The notes under the pieces are model-generated. The model made no database searches. It had not been told where the DNA came from and saw only the letters and a program-made list of their open reading frames with translations. From Alphaproteobacteria bacterium (GTDB lineage: Bacteria > Pseudomonadota > Alphaproteobacteria > MPNO01 > UBA830): a DNA stretch of 64,000 nt. The position numbers and the translations under genes were made by a program. Within the stretch, counting starts at the first letter, position 1, and each line of letters opens with the position of its first letter. Of this stretch, positions 28,537 to 38,801 are shown piece by piece. The stretch spans positions 2,848,001-2,912,000 of the forward strand of contig OZ219791.1 in NCBI GenBank assembly GCA_964291215.2, written 5' to 3'.

Positions 28537-29803
28537 TGGCGACGGTCAACGCGGCGCGCGAGGAGTTCGAAGCGGCCAAGACCGCGGCGCTGCCGGCAAG
28601 GTGCCGAAAGAGGCCGTGATCCGCGTCTTCGTCATCCTGCTCGACATCCTCATCGTCGTCCTTCTGGAGAAGACCACGCACGAGCCGGAACTCCGGTCTG
28701 CCGTCGTCACAGACGGACAAGGACGAGAGCGCGAAGCATGCCGGGAGCAACGGCAAGGGCCCGAAGCCGAACCGGCAGATGGGCGACAACCTGCGCAAGA
28801 CCATCGTCGAGGAAACGGTCGCGGCCTGCGACGCCTGCGGCGCCGACATCGACGGCCCCGTCGATCAGGAGCGCCGCGTCCTCTATGACATCGTGTTCGA
28901 GGTTGTCGAGCGCCGCGCCGAGATCAAGGAATGCCCGAAGTGCAAGGCCCGGACCAAGGGCCGGTTCCCCGACAACATCCCGTGCAGTACGGCATCGACA
29001 TCCAAGCCCTCGTCATCAACCTGCTGGTCGCCCAGATGCTGTCCCTGCGCCGTCGCGTTCGTGCAGGCGATCTCCGGCATCAAGCTCTCCGAGGCCTCGG
29101 CTATGCTTTCACGATGCGTCATGGGAGGAGGCCGCCGTGGCGCACCTCCTGCAACGCCCGATGTCGATGATTTCGGATCAACAGCAAGTGGTTTCATGTC
29201 GTGGGACCCTGACGTGCAAGTTCCCGCACCGCAAGCGCGGGCAAGAGATCGGCCCGTGCTACAAGGACGTCTTGGGCCTCGTACATGGGCCAGTGTAGCC
29301 ACCAGCTGTGTGGCAGCCACCTGCTGCGCGAACTGACCTTTGTCGTCGAGGCTGCTGCGCGACTGATGAAGAGCCTGCTCCGCGAGGTCTGCCACAAGGT
29401 CAACAAGAGCGCATCCAAAACCCTGAACGAGGCCGTGCCGTGCGCAAGCGCTACCGCACCATCAGGGCGCCAGGGAACTGCCCGACATCCCGCCGAAAGG
29501 AAAACGTGGACGCAAGTCCGACGCGCACAACCTGCACGAACGTCTCGTGAAACACGAAAACCTGCGCTTCACAGACGACCCCGACGTCAGCTTCACCAAC
29601 AATGCCGGAGAACAGAAGATCAGGATGGCAAAGGTCAAGGTGTCCGGATGCTTCCGCTCCACGCAAAAGCATGGTGCCGGGGCTCAAGCTACCTCACCTC
29701 CATGGCCGCACTCGGCTACAACCCACTCGTCGCCACCCAGATCGCCCTCGACGGAAAAGCCGCAGACATCATCAACGAGCACTACGACCAATCAGAACCC
29801 AAC

Positions 29804-31017
29804 TAGTAGTCTGGCATTATTGGATTGACGGATATAGAGACTTCAGTTTCGTCCGGGCATCCTTCGTCGTGAAACGCCAGTCGACAGTGACATCGGCCGC
29901 ATTGCGGCGCTCGACCCACGCCACGGTCTCCCGCAGCATGGTGTCGCGGTCGGGAATGCGTCGCCGAAGGCATTGCCGCGACAGCGCGCCGATCTCGGCC
30001 ATGTTGAGCCAGCTTCGGCGTATAGCGAAACTCGAACCGCTTTCGTACCCGCCTCCTCGGGCTCGAAGGCTTCATACAGTGACTGTGCGTGTTCAGATTG
30101 TCCAGCACGATCTTCCTGTCGGGGAAATGGTCGTCGGCAAGCTCCCGGATGAAGTGCGCCCAGTCCCGCGGCGGTCGGTGACTTTCACCGTGCGCCAGTT
30201 TTCGTTGGGCGCAAAGGCCATGAAGAGGTTGGCCGTGCCGTTGCGCTCATATTCATAGTCGACCACCTCCGGCTGACCGGAGGACGGGGGGGGGGGGGGG
30301 GGGTCCTTCGTCTGCTGCCGGCTGGTCTCAGCACCTCGTCCCTGGCAAAGTCCCGCTGACAAATGTCAAGCACGTCCGCCGCCACGAACTGTGCGCTCCG
30401 GTGCGGTGGAATGCACCAGTTCAGCCACGGCTTGATCTTTTTTTTTAGCGTCTTCCTGACCGTCTCTTCCGAAATGCGCTCGACGATCTCCACCAGACGG
30501 CCGGCGAGCAGCTTCAGCGTCCACAGCCCTCGGGCGGGGACGAGACCAGCTTCGCCTCCATCGCCCCCGTTTTGGCCGGCGGTTCACCTGCTCCTTGCGG
30601 CTGAGGGCGGCGTCCAGCCCCTCCAGGACGCAGCGCTTGCGCAAGCGCTCGACCGTCGCCGTGCCGATGCCCAGCCCTTGCGCAATGTCGGCATCGACAA
30701 GCGCCCCCTCAGCATCAGGATTTGTGTCCGGCGCCAGGCAGCCCCGGTGCCGTCGACAATCGCCTTCAGATCCCGGCGCTCCTGCGCTGAAAGGGTCACC
30801 CGGTAGAGCTTCCTGCCCCGAGAGTTGGCCATATGCGCTGCTCCTGTCATTGCGCCGAAGACCTGCGGGCATGCCCGTTGTCCGGACCTGCGCATGGGGC
30901 TGCCTGCCTGTTCGGCATCTTGCCCGTGTGGATATCGGCACTGTCCAGATTCCAACGAACGCCGACACGAAAATACTACCCACAAAAAACCATCAATACA
31001 ATGCCGGTGGACTACTA
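29804..31017 (-). mobile_element. IS630-family element inserted at TA inside the IS66 right end
   Basis: Ends CTAGTAGTC../..GACTACTAG; KLYRVTLSA, DYEYERNGTANLF, LDNLNTH, DWRFTTKDARTKLKSLYP; flanks rejoin to match 12930-12962. Confidence 0.92.
30286..30303 (+). repeat. G18 homopolymer inside the IS630 transposase relic
   Basis: 18 consecutive G (C18 on the coding strand, reads as poly-Pro). Confidence 0.9.
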
Positions 31018-32464
31018 GGGGTGAGTAGATACGTCCAGAAAATAAAATTTGCGCTCATGGTGCCTGTTCGGCCGCAGGGGATGGGGCTCCATGGCAAGGC
31101 ATGATATGCATCCCGCGCCGAAAGGCTATTCCATGCCGGCAGCCGGGGCAAGCGCCCCGGCGGCCACAACACGGTGATCCCATGCCAGGTTTGTTGGAAG
31201 GATTGATTCCGCTTGTTCAGGATGATTCGCATTTTCGCAGGCTTTTTGTGAAGCGGCGCAGTATCCGTTGTCGTGGAGGCAGCGGATTTTTTTGAGACGA
31301 CTCCGGAGGGTTTTGCGCTCCGGGATGTGGTTGTGCGCCTTGCGCGGCCTAGTGCCGCTGGAACCGTGTGGTTGACCGTCATCACTATCCTGGTTTCAAG
31401 CAGTTTGCCGGTCGAGGTCTGCGTGTTCACTTGGCGCGGGCGGTGGATTGGTGCTGCGGGCTGGCAGACGGGCGCCCTCAGCTGCGCACCGCGGGACCGT
31501 TGGATTGGCTGGCGCCGCGAGGAACAGTTCAGGCGGTTGCCGGGAACAACACGAGGTTTGTTGTTCCTGGTGGTCGCCGGGTGTTTCCGGGCCTCGTTTG
31601 CGTTGTCGCGGATGGTGCGGCGGCGACCGGGAGGCTGCCGTTGCTTGTTGCGGAGAAGTTTGTCTCGCCGACGAAGTTCAGCGGCACCATGTACAAGGCG
31701 GCGAACCGGGAGGGCGTTGGCAGGGGCCATGCGCGCGCCATACCGACCGGCACGGGAAGGCGAAGGATCCTTACGTGTTTCCACTGCGTCGTGACGCGGG
31801 ATCGTTCGCCGCTTCCTGCGGCGTGGGAGTTGCGGGCGCCGCTGGTCGGCGCAGGAGTTGCGCTCGATTTATCAGCGGCGCTTTCCGGCGCGCGCAGGGG
31901 CACCGCATCGCCTCGGTACTGTGCGTGATTTTGCTGGCTTGCGAACCGGCGCGGTTGCGGCAGCGCACTACGACGCAGAAGGAGCTGGAGCAGCATGGAA
32001 GAACAGGGACAAGCCGGTCTCCACCGTGCACCGGGTGCTGCAGAACACCGACCCGGGATGGATCGAGGATGCGGCGCGCAGCCGCAGGTCGGCAACGCGG
32101 TCGACGGCAAGCGCACCGGCGAGGATCATTACGAGACGGTCTCGCTGGCCGGTATTCGATCCTCAACTGTCACGACGGGGAGATCGCTGCCGTCCACGCC
32201 GCGACGGCCGTCTGCTCACCCTCGACGCGTTCCACACCACCCGCGAGGCTGATCGTCGAGACCCGTCGCGCGGGCTGATGGTCAAGGGCAACGCACCTTC
32301 GAGAGAGCATCAACTGGAAGACCGCCAGCGCTACAACGAAAAGCCCGCGCATGGCCGCCAGCGCACCATCTTCACCCCGCTGGCGAAGATGATCAACTAG
32401 TCAAGCAGATCTTCCGCGTCACCCGGCGCGTCGAATTCAGGAAATCCGGAAAACCGAACACGCC

Positions 32465-33757
32465 ATATGATCAGGTTTTGTCCCCTTGATGATGAAATCA
32501 TCCACAGCAGTTGGGGGCGGGAAAATGTGGACAACCCCGACTGTGGGAGAGCGTCCGATCTATGGTTGCAGAGAGATTCCGCTCCCCTGAGCGAACACGC
32601 ACAGGGGAGCAAACGATCTCCGCGGAGGTTGCCGTTTCGACCTTGACAGAGCCGCGTCCGAGTTTGGCAACCTCCCTTGACGTCCCTCGCTGGATGCTTG
32701 GGTTTGAACCCGTATCATCACAAGGCGAGGAGCGATGGTCAAGGTAGTAGCAGGGGTCAGCCAGTCTGGACATCTGGCGCATTGTTTTGCGAACGACGCC
32801 ACGGGCAGGTGGCTTCGCGGCCTCGGGGTGAGCCGGGTGGTGGGCGACAGGCCGCTATCACCGCAAGGTTCACCAGTGTCTTCATGACCGGGGCTTCGAG
32901 GTTATCCTCGTCAACCCGTTGCGGGCGCTTCGCCGAGGCGATGGGCCAACCGCGTCGACGCCAGGATCGGCACGGTGAGCCTGTGGCTCCGCCTTCCTCA
33001 AGAACCTGGAGGATCTCCTGGTGCCGCGCTTGTCGACGCCAAGCAGGTGGCAGATGAGGTGGATGGCGAGACCGTCATAAGGGCCCCGGCGGCCGATCTC
33101 GATGATCGCCGGTGATCCCGAGCAGAGCTACGCCATCCTGACCTCGATCCGGTGACCGCCGCGGCCCTTCTGGATGCCCGAATTCGGCAGTGTCGGCAGC
33201 CTTGATCGGGGTGGCGCCAACGACCACGGTGCTCGGCACATCCGTGGCGGGCGCCGAAGGCCACGCGATCTCCTGGCCGCAACCAGCACGCTTCAACGCG
33301 GACCTGGCAAGCGTGTTCGAGCGCCTCAAGACTGCCGGCAAGCAAGGTCGCGATTGTCGCCGTGATGCGCAAGCTCTGGCGAACACCTTGCTGCGACAGC
33401 AGCGTTGCCTGAAGCACTGGTGAGTGAGCGAAGGAGACACGGCCCTGCCGAGAGCGCGACCGGGACTGTCTCGACAGTCTCCCTCTACGACACGGCTTGG
33501 GGAGAACATCTGCAGATCATCGTCGAGGCCGACATCGAGGAGACCGAACCGCCTTGGGACACCTGGAACCCGGACGGTCACGTGCCCGGGGACGGCAAGG
33601 TAGCCGCGTTCACGTGACCAATGGACGGCAACCCGCCGCCGGGACCACAAGCTTCATGTCGCCTCGCTCGCAGAGCAAATCCCACACCGCTTGTGGACAA
33701 CCACAGAAAACATCACCACAGACACCCGCAAAAACCTTGCCAAGAAACATGGATGCT
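32465..33757 (+). mobile_element. IS110 element copy 2 (most eroded; left core damaged)
   Basis: Colinear with copy 1; right end AAACATGGATG-CT at 33756-57; both flanks are ISAs1 transposase sequence. Confidence 0.88.
32565..32734 (+). ncRNA. Putative bridge RNA (IS110 copy 2)
   Basis: Same stems as copy 1; loop GTCCGAG (32656-62) predicts CTCGGAC against observed flank CTCGGTC; TGGATGCT and ACAAG donor guides. Confidence 0.7.
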
Positions 33758-34174
33758 CGGTCGAACGCGCCTCGCCGCAACAGTTGCTCGCATGGAATCG
33801 CGGATACCGGGTGGTCGAGAGCCATCACCACATACCCACCTTCCGCGAAGACTACTCCATGCTCCGAACGCGCCCGCAAACAACGCGATCACCCTCGCAA
33901 TCATCATCCACAACAAGCGCAAGCTGCGCAAACCCTTCAACAGCTTCGTCGACGCCACCATGCCGACAAGCGCAAGCAGGTCCTGCACGCAATCACAAGA
34001 CCAGGCTGACCGCGCCTCTCTCCCCGGCAGAAACCGCAAGCTTTCGAGCCCGGCAACCAAGGCCTCTCGCTCGCCCCGGATACGCCGACCAATCGCGCCC
34101 CGCGCCGCAACAGCGCGTCAGCAAATCTCAAAATCGCAGCCTCGAACGCGTCGACCCGCGCCGCGATCAGGACT

Positions 34175-34430
34175 CCGATCACATCACATCAACAAGCATG
34201 AGATCATCTTGGCGTGGACCTTACGATCCCGAACCGACCATCGAAGTCTTCGCCATCGAGGTCGCACGCGTGGCAGGCTTCATCCCCGGCAAACGCCAAC
34301 CCCTGCCGGGAACCGAGAAACTCTGGCAGGGTTACAATATCCTCCTCTATTTCACCGAATATCACCGAGCGATGCGGAAACTCGATATGCAGAAATCAAT
34401 GAACTCAGTGGTGTCAGATTGAAAGACCCT
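34175..34430 (+). pseudogene. IS4/Tn5-like transposase C-terminal fragment plus right end
   Basis: IEVARVAGFIPGKRQPLPGTEKLWQGY; ends GTGTCAGATTGAAAG. Confidence 0.75.
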
Positions 34431-34742
34431 CATCTGGCAATTCAGCGCATTGAGGCGTTCCGGCCGGCGCAGGGCGATGACCGGCGCCTCTCCAGCCATT
34501 TTAGTCTCGAGACCCGGGTATGCCATGAGATCGCTTCCGCTACAGGTTTTCCCGCGGGCGACGGTACCATGTCCCCGCCGCGTCGCGACAGGCCGGGCTC
34601 CGCCCGCCGGGTTTCGGATCCGGGGTGTTTTCAGGTATGGCCACGCGGCAGAGGATCAATTCTCGGTTATCCCGCACATGATTTCACACATTGCCGAAAC
34701 TCCGGTTTTGGCCGGCTCGGGCCGGCGGCAATCCCGGGCCGG

Positions 34743-35720
34743 TCAGGGAAACAGGACGATCTTTCCGAAGAATCCCCGCTCCTCCATGAGCCGTTCCGCC
34801 TCGCCGAGCCGTTCGAGCGGGAACGTGTGGCTTACGACCGGTGCAAGCCGGCCTTCGGCAACATGGGCGACGGCGCTCGCCACGTCTTCCTGTGAATAGG
34901 AATTGGAGCCGAGAACATCGAGTTCGCGTACCCAGATGAACCGCAGGTCAGTCTGCGGATCGTGGCCCGCGGTCGCGCCGCAGGTCAGCACGCGTCCGCC
35001 TCTTCGTGCTGCCCGGAGCGACGGTGCCCAGGTCTCGCCACCGGTGAAGTTGACGACAACGTCGCAGCCGGTCTTGCCGGTCAGGAGCCAGGCGGCGCGG
35101 CTGAAATCCTCGTCCCGGTAGTTGATGACGTGATCCGCGCCGAGTTCGGTGAGGCGGGCGCACTTCTCGTCGGATCCGGCGGCGGCGATGACCCGAGCTC
35201 CGACCATCTTGGCGAACTGGAGGCTGGCGAGGCCGACGCCGCCGCTGGCGCCGAGCACCAGCATGATCTCGTCTGCCGCTAGGCGGCCGCGTGCGAACAG
35301 CATGCGGTGAGCGGTGCCGTAATTGATGGGAATCGCGGCCGCGGTCTCGAACGGAACGTGGTCCGGAAGCGCAACGAGGCTGGCGGCGGGGACGCGGACC
35401 AGCTCGGCGAGGCCGCCGATCAGGTCTTCGCCGATCATTCCGTGGTCGGTCTGGGGGTTGAGGGTAACGCGGTCGCCGACGTCCCATCCGTGCACGTCTG
35501 CACCGAGGCTGTCGATGGTGCCGGCAATGTCGCCGCCGGAGATGAAGGGCATCGGCACCGGAAACCCCGGCATGCCGCGGCGAACGAAGATGTCGAGATG
35601 GTTGAGCCCGCAGGCGCCGACCCGGACCACGACATCGTCGGGACCCGGTGCCGGGTCATCCCAGTCGCGATAGGCGATGTTCTCGATGCCGCCCTGGGCT
35701 TCGATGACGGCTGCTTTCAT
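34743..35720 (-). CDS. MDR-family (quinone oxidoreductase-like) dehydrogenase
   Basis: MKAAVI, GLNHLDIFVRRG, GASGGVG, TCGATAG, FGKIVL. Confidence 0.92.
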   Translation of the reverse strand: MKAAVIEAQGGIENIAYRDWDDPAPGPDDVVVRVGACGLNHLDIFVRRGMPGFPVPMPFISGGDIAGTIDSLGADVHGWDVGDRVTLNPQTDHGMIGEDLIGGLAELVRVPAASLVALPDHVPFETAAAIPINYGTAHRMLFARGRLAADEIMLVLGASGGVGLASLQFAKMVGARVIAAAGSDEKCARLTELGADHVINYRDEDFSRAAWLLTGKTGCDVVVNFTGGETWAPSLRAARRGGRVLTCGATAGHDPQTDLRFIWVRELDVLGSNSYSQEDVASAVAHVAEGRLAPVVSHTFPLERLGEAERLMEERGFFGKIVLFP

Positions 35721-35721
35721 G

Positions 35722-36876
35722 TCATGCCTCCTGCGTGCGCCGAATCAGGGCGAGATAGATCTGCGCCATTTCGAGCATCTCGGACACCAGCACATGTTCG
35801 TCACGGGAATGGAACTGATCGATCCGTCCGGGCCCGAGCATCACCGATTCGATTCCGCGCTTTGCAAAATACCCGGCATCAAGCGCAAAATCGCAGACCA
35901 CAGTGCCTGCCTCGAGGCCGGCGTCCGCATAGGCCCGTTCAAGGAGCGGCATCAGCGTGCCGTCCGCTGCCAACTTGTTGGGGTACATGAGAGGGCCGCG
36001 CCGGCACTCGACCGCGTAGGGCGCGGGGTCGGGCAGCGCCGCGGCGACGGCGAAATAGGCGGCCTCCGGATCCTCGCCCGGCAGCAGCCTGCGGTCGAAC
36101 GTCATCTCGACCCGGTCCTGGACGGTGTGGGTTGCGTCGGGGAAACTTCGGATTGAGGTCGCAGTCAGTGTCGCCGGTCCGAACTGCGGATGGTCGGGAA
36201 CCCGGAGATCGAATGCCGCGAGCGCGTCGAGGCAGCGCCGTGCGCCGATGATGGCGTTGATTCCGTTCCAGGGCATGCTCGAATGGGTGGCCTTGCCGCG
36301 CACGGTGACTTCTATGTCGACCCGCCCCTTGTTGCCGGCGCCAATCCGGCTGTCGGTGCCGAGGCAGACGATTGCGTGGTCGGGCCGGGTACCGAGCGCG
36401 TCGAGCGCGCTTGCAGCGGCGTCGTGGCGCCCGGTTTCGCCGGAGGTAAGCAGCAGCAGCGCGAGGCCGTGCGTGAGGCCGCTGGCCCGGGCCTGCGCAA
36501 CCGCTGCCATGGCCGCGGCAAGGGCCGTTTTCTGTTCCGCGACGCCGCGCCCGCGGATTGCCGGACCGGCCGGCGTGTCGATCACGGCCGCGGTGAACGG
36601 ATCCGGCATCGCTGCGGCCGGATGGGTCATCGCATAGGTGACGAAAACCAGAGGGCAGGTGCTGGCGGCGGGTCCGGACTCGGCGATCAAGTTGCCCATG
36701 GCATCGTATCGCAGCCGGTCGAGGCCGAGTTCCTCCATTGCGGGCGCGGCGCAGTCGCGGATGAAGCCCGTCACCGCCGGGTCGGCCTCCTGGAATGCGC
36801 TCTGCTCGCTTGGGTAGCGGACAAGTCGCTGCAGCAGCGGGACGAGCGTTTCTTCCGTGACTGGTTCGGTCGCCAT
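35722..36876 (-). CDS. M20 (ArgE/DapE-like) hydrolase with altered metal-ligand motifs
   Basis: GKATHSS.PW.GINAI, DRRLLPGE, LGPG..FHSRDE; usual HxD/D/EE/E ligand positions changed. Confidence 0.85.
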   Translation of the reverse strand: MATEPVTEETLVPLLQRLVRYPSEQSAFQEADPAVTGFIRDCAAPAMEELGLDRLRYDAMGNLIAESGPAASTCPLVFVTYAMTHPAAAMPDPFTAAVIDTPAGPAIRGRGVAEQKTALAAAMAAVAQARASGLTHGLALLLLTSGETGRHDAAASALDALGTRPDHAIVCLGTDSRIGAGNKGRVDIEVTVRGKATHSSMPWNGINAIIGARRCLDALAAFDLRVPDHPQFGPATLTATSIRSFPDATHTVQDRVEMTFDRRLLPGEDPEAAYFAVAAALPDPAPYAVECRRGPLMYPNKLAADGTLMPLLERAYADAGLEAGTVVCDFALDAGYFAKRGIESVMLGPGRIDQFHSRDEHVLVSEMLEMAQIYLALIRRTQEA

Positions 36877-36889
36877 GCCTGGTCTGCGG

Positions 36890-38212
36890 TCAGAATCCGA
36901 ACAGGACATCGGGCAGCCAGGTCGCAGTCGCCGGCACCAGCGCGACAAGGGCCAACGTGATCAGCTGGGCGATCACGTAAGGGGTGACGCCGCGATACAT
37001 GTCGCCGTATGTGATCTCCTTGGGGGCGATCGAGCGAAGATAGAAGATCGACGGGGCCATGGGCGGTGTCAGATAGGACGTCTGCAGGATGATGCAGACC
37101 ATGACGCCGAACCACAACGGGTCGATATCGGCGCCGGTAATGATCGGGCTGGCGATCGGGAGCACGACGATGAGCACCGAGATCCAGTCGAGGATGAAGC
37201 CGAGCACAAAGACGACGAAAAGAAACGCAACGATGATTTCCACCGGTCCGAAACCCTGCCCCTCGATGAATCCGGCCACCAGTTCGTCGCCGCCATGAAT
37301 GATGAAGACGCTGGCGAACAGCACGCCGCCGACCACGATCAGCATGACCATGGAGGTGACCTTTATGGTCCGGGTCAGGGCGGCTGTCAGCATCGAGAAG
37401 GAAAACTCCCCGTAAAGGATGCTGAGCAGTACCGCGCCGAGCGCGCCGACGGCCGCGGCTTCCGTCGGCGCGGCGATGCCCGCAAAGATGCTGCCGAGCA
37501 CCGCCAGGACGAGAAACGTGGCGGGAATCAGCGCGGTTACGGTCAGCCGCAACTTTTCGCCCAGGGAATGGCTGTCCTCGCTGGCGTCGAGTCCCGGCCC
37601 GGCATCGGGCTGCAGTGCACAGCGCCCAATGATGTAAAGCAGGAACAGCGCCACCATGACACCGGCGGGGATCAGGATTCCGGCGAACAGATCACCGACC
37701 GACGTCTCGGTGATCGAGGCGTAGACGATGATCACGATAGACGGCGGAATCGTTGTGCCCAGAGAACCTCCGGCGCAGATCGTGCCAGCGGTGAGGTCGC
37801 GGCGGTACCCGGCGCCGAGCAGCGCCGGCACCGCCATGATGCCGACCACGATCTCGACGGCGCCCACCACGCCCGAGGAGGCCGCGAAGATGCCGCACAT
37901 GACGATGGTGGTGATCGCCAGCCCGCCGCGGAGCGCGCCGAACCAGATCTTGATGGCCTCGAACAGACGGGCGGCGATCCCTGCGCGTTCGAGGACGGCG
38001 CCCATGAAGACGAAGAGCGGGATCGCGGCGAGGATGAAGTTCGAAGACACATCGAACAGGCGGCTGTGAAACTGGGTCGGCAGCTTCATGCCGAATTCCA
38101 CGACCCCGAAGGCAAAGGCGATGGCGATCAGGCTGAACGCAACCGGAATGCCCGCGAACACGAGCAGGAACAGCGCCGGGAACATGAAGGCGGCGAGCGA
38201 TATCTCAGACAT
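36890..38212 (-). CDS. dctM: TRAP transporter large permease
   Basis: AIPLFVFMG, GGSLGTTIPPS, PTEAAAVG, QTSYLTPP. Confidence 0.93.
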   Translation of the reverse strand: MSEISLAAFMFPALFLLVFAGIPVAFSLIAIAFAFGVVEFGMKLPTQFHSRLFDVSSNFILAAIPLFVFMGAVLERAGIAARLFEAIKIWFGALRGGLAITTIVMCGIFAASSGVVGAVEIVVGIMAVPALLGAGYRRDLTAGTICAGGSLGTTIPPSIVIIVYASITETSVGDLFAGILIPAGVMVALFLLYIIGRCALQPDAGPGLDASEDSHSLGEKLRLTVTALIPATFLVLAVLGSIFAGIAAPTEAAAVGALGAVLLSILYGEFSFSMLTAALTRTIKVTSMVMLIVVGGVLFASVFIIHGGDELVAGFIEGQGFGPVEIIVAFLFVVFVLGFILDWISVLIVVLPIASPIITGADIDPLWFGVMVCIILQTSYLTPPMAPSIFYLRSIAPKEITYGDMYRGVTPYVIAQLITLALVALVPATATWLPDVLFGF

Positions 38213-38750
38213 GATCGCTGGCCTGGTCACTCCGATGCAGAAGCGGGGAGGGCTCGAAGCCGAGAGCGCTGCGGACGTGGCGGATGCACTCGGCTGTCAT
38301 CTGGAGGAACAGAGCGGCGAAGCCGATCAGGATTCCTGCGAACAGCGGCCACAGCAGCGGCTTCCAGGGGCTCGCGGGATCAAGCTCGTCGGTGAGATAG
38401 GCCTCCAGCCATTCCGTCCAGGCACCGATGAGCAGGAAGGCCATGGCCGGGAAGGTCAGGAAGATGTAGACGGCCACATTCACCCAGTCCTGCACTCTCC
38501 GGGGAAAGCGGGTCGACAGGAAATCGATGCGGATATGCCCGTTGTGGCGCAGCGTGTATCCGGCTGCAAAGAGGAATCCAACGCCGTTCAGCATGTAGGC
38601 GACATCGTAGGCCCAGAGCGTCGGCGCCGCGAACAGGCGCCGCGAAATGACCTCGTACACCATGTCGGCAACAAGGCCCGCGAGCATGATCATGGCGATC
38701 GCGGCCAGGAATCGCGAAACCTTGTCGATCGCGGCGAGATAGCGGGTCAT
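38205..38750 (-). CDS. dctQ: TRAP transporter small permease
   Basis: Four predicted TM segments; YEVISRRLF.APT.WA, GHIRIDF. Confidence 0.9.
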   Translation of the reverse strand: MTRYLAAIDKVSRFLAAIAMIMLAGLVADMVYEVISRRLFAAPTLWAYDVAYMLNGVGFLFAAGYTLRHNGHIRIDFLSTRFPRRVQDWVNVAVYIFLTFPAMAFLLIGAWTEWLEAYLTDELDPASPWKPLLWPLFAGILIGFAALFLQMTAECIRHVRSALGFEPSPLLHRSDQASDHV

Positions 38751-38760
38751 GGCCGATGCG

Positions 38761-38795
38761 CGCCGGCGGGGGTCGGGGCACGCCCCCGGCCGGCG
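38761..38795 (-). terminator. GC-rich hairpin between dctP and dctQ (mRNA stabiliser or attenuator)
   Basis: CGCCGGCGGGGG...CCCCCGGCCGGCG imperfect inverted repeat; no U-tail. Confidence 0.45.
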
Positions 38796-38801
38796 CGTCT
38801 C

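Larger units (their letters stand above)
28218..31032 (+). mobile_element. IS66-family element with 8-bp TSD, eroded transposase, MTase-like passenger relic and nested IS630
   Basis: TIRs GTAACTGCTCACCCC / GGGGTGAGTAGATAC; TSD GTCCAGAA at 28210-28217 and 31033-31040; transposase remnants 28536-29800 (CDACGAD, ECPKCK, HQLCGSHLLREL, FTNNAGEQ). Confidence 0.92.
31090..34010 (+). pseudogene. DUF4338 (DruA-like)-ISAs1 transposase fusion pseudogene, split by IS110 copy 2
   Basis: WIGAAGW..APRDRWIGW..NNTRFV..FSGTMYKAAN (DUF4338-like), then VDGKR, LLTLDAFHT, VKGNAP, AHGR; resumes after 33757 with SVERASPQQLLAWNRG..TFRED (ISAs1). Confidence 0.75.

Noticed and set aside
12543-34430. Intact genomic island integrated at tRNA-Lys
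   Set aside because: I found no duplicated tRNA 3' end (attR) and no intact integrase; only the clustering of IS relics is supported.
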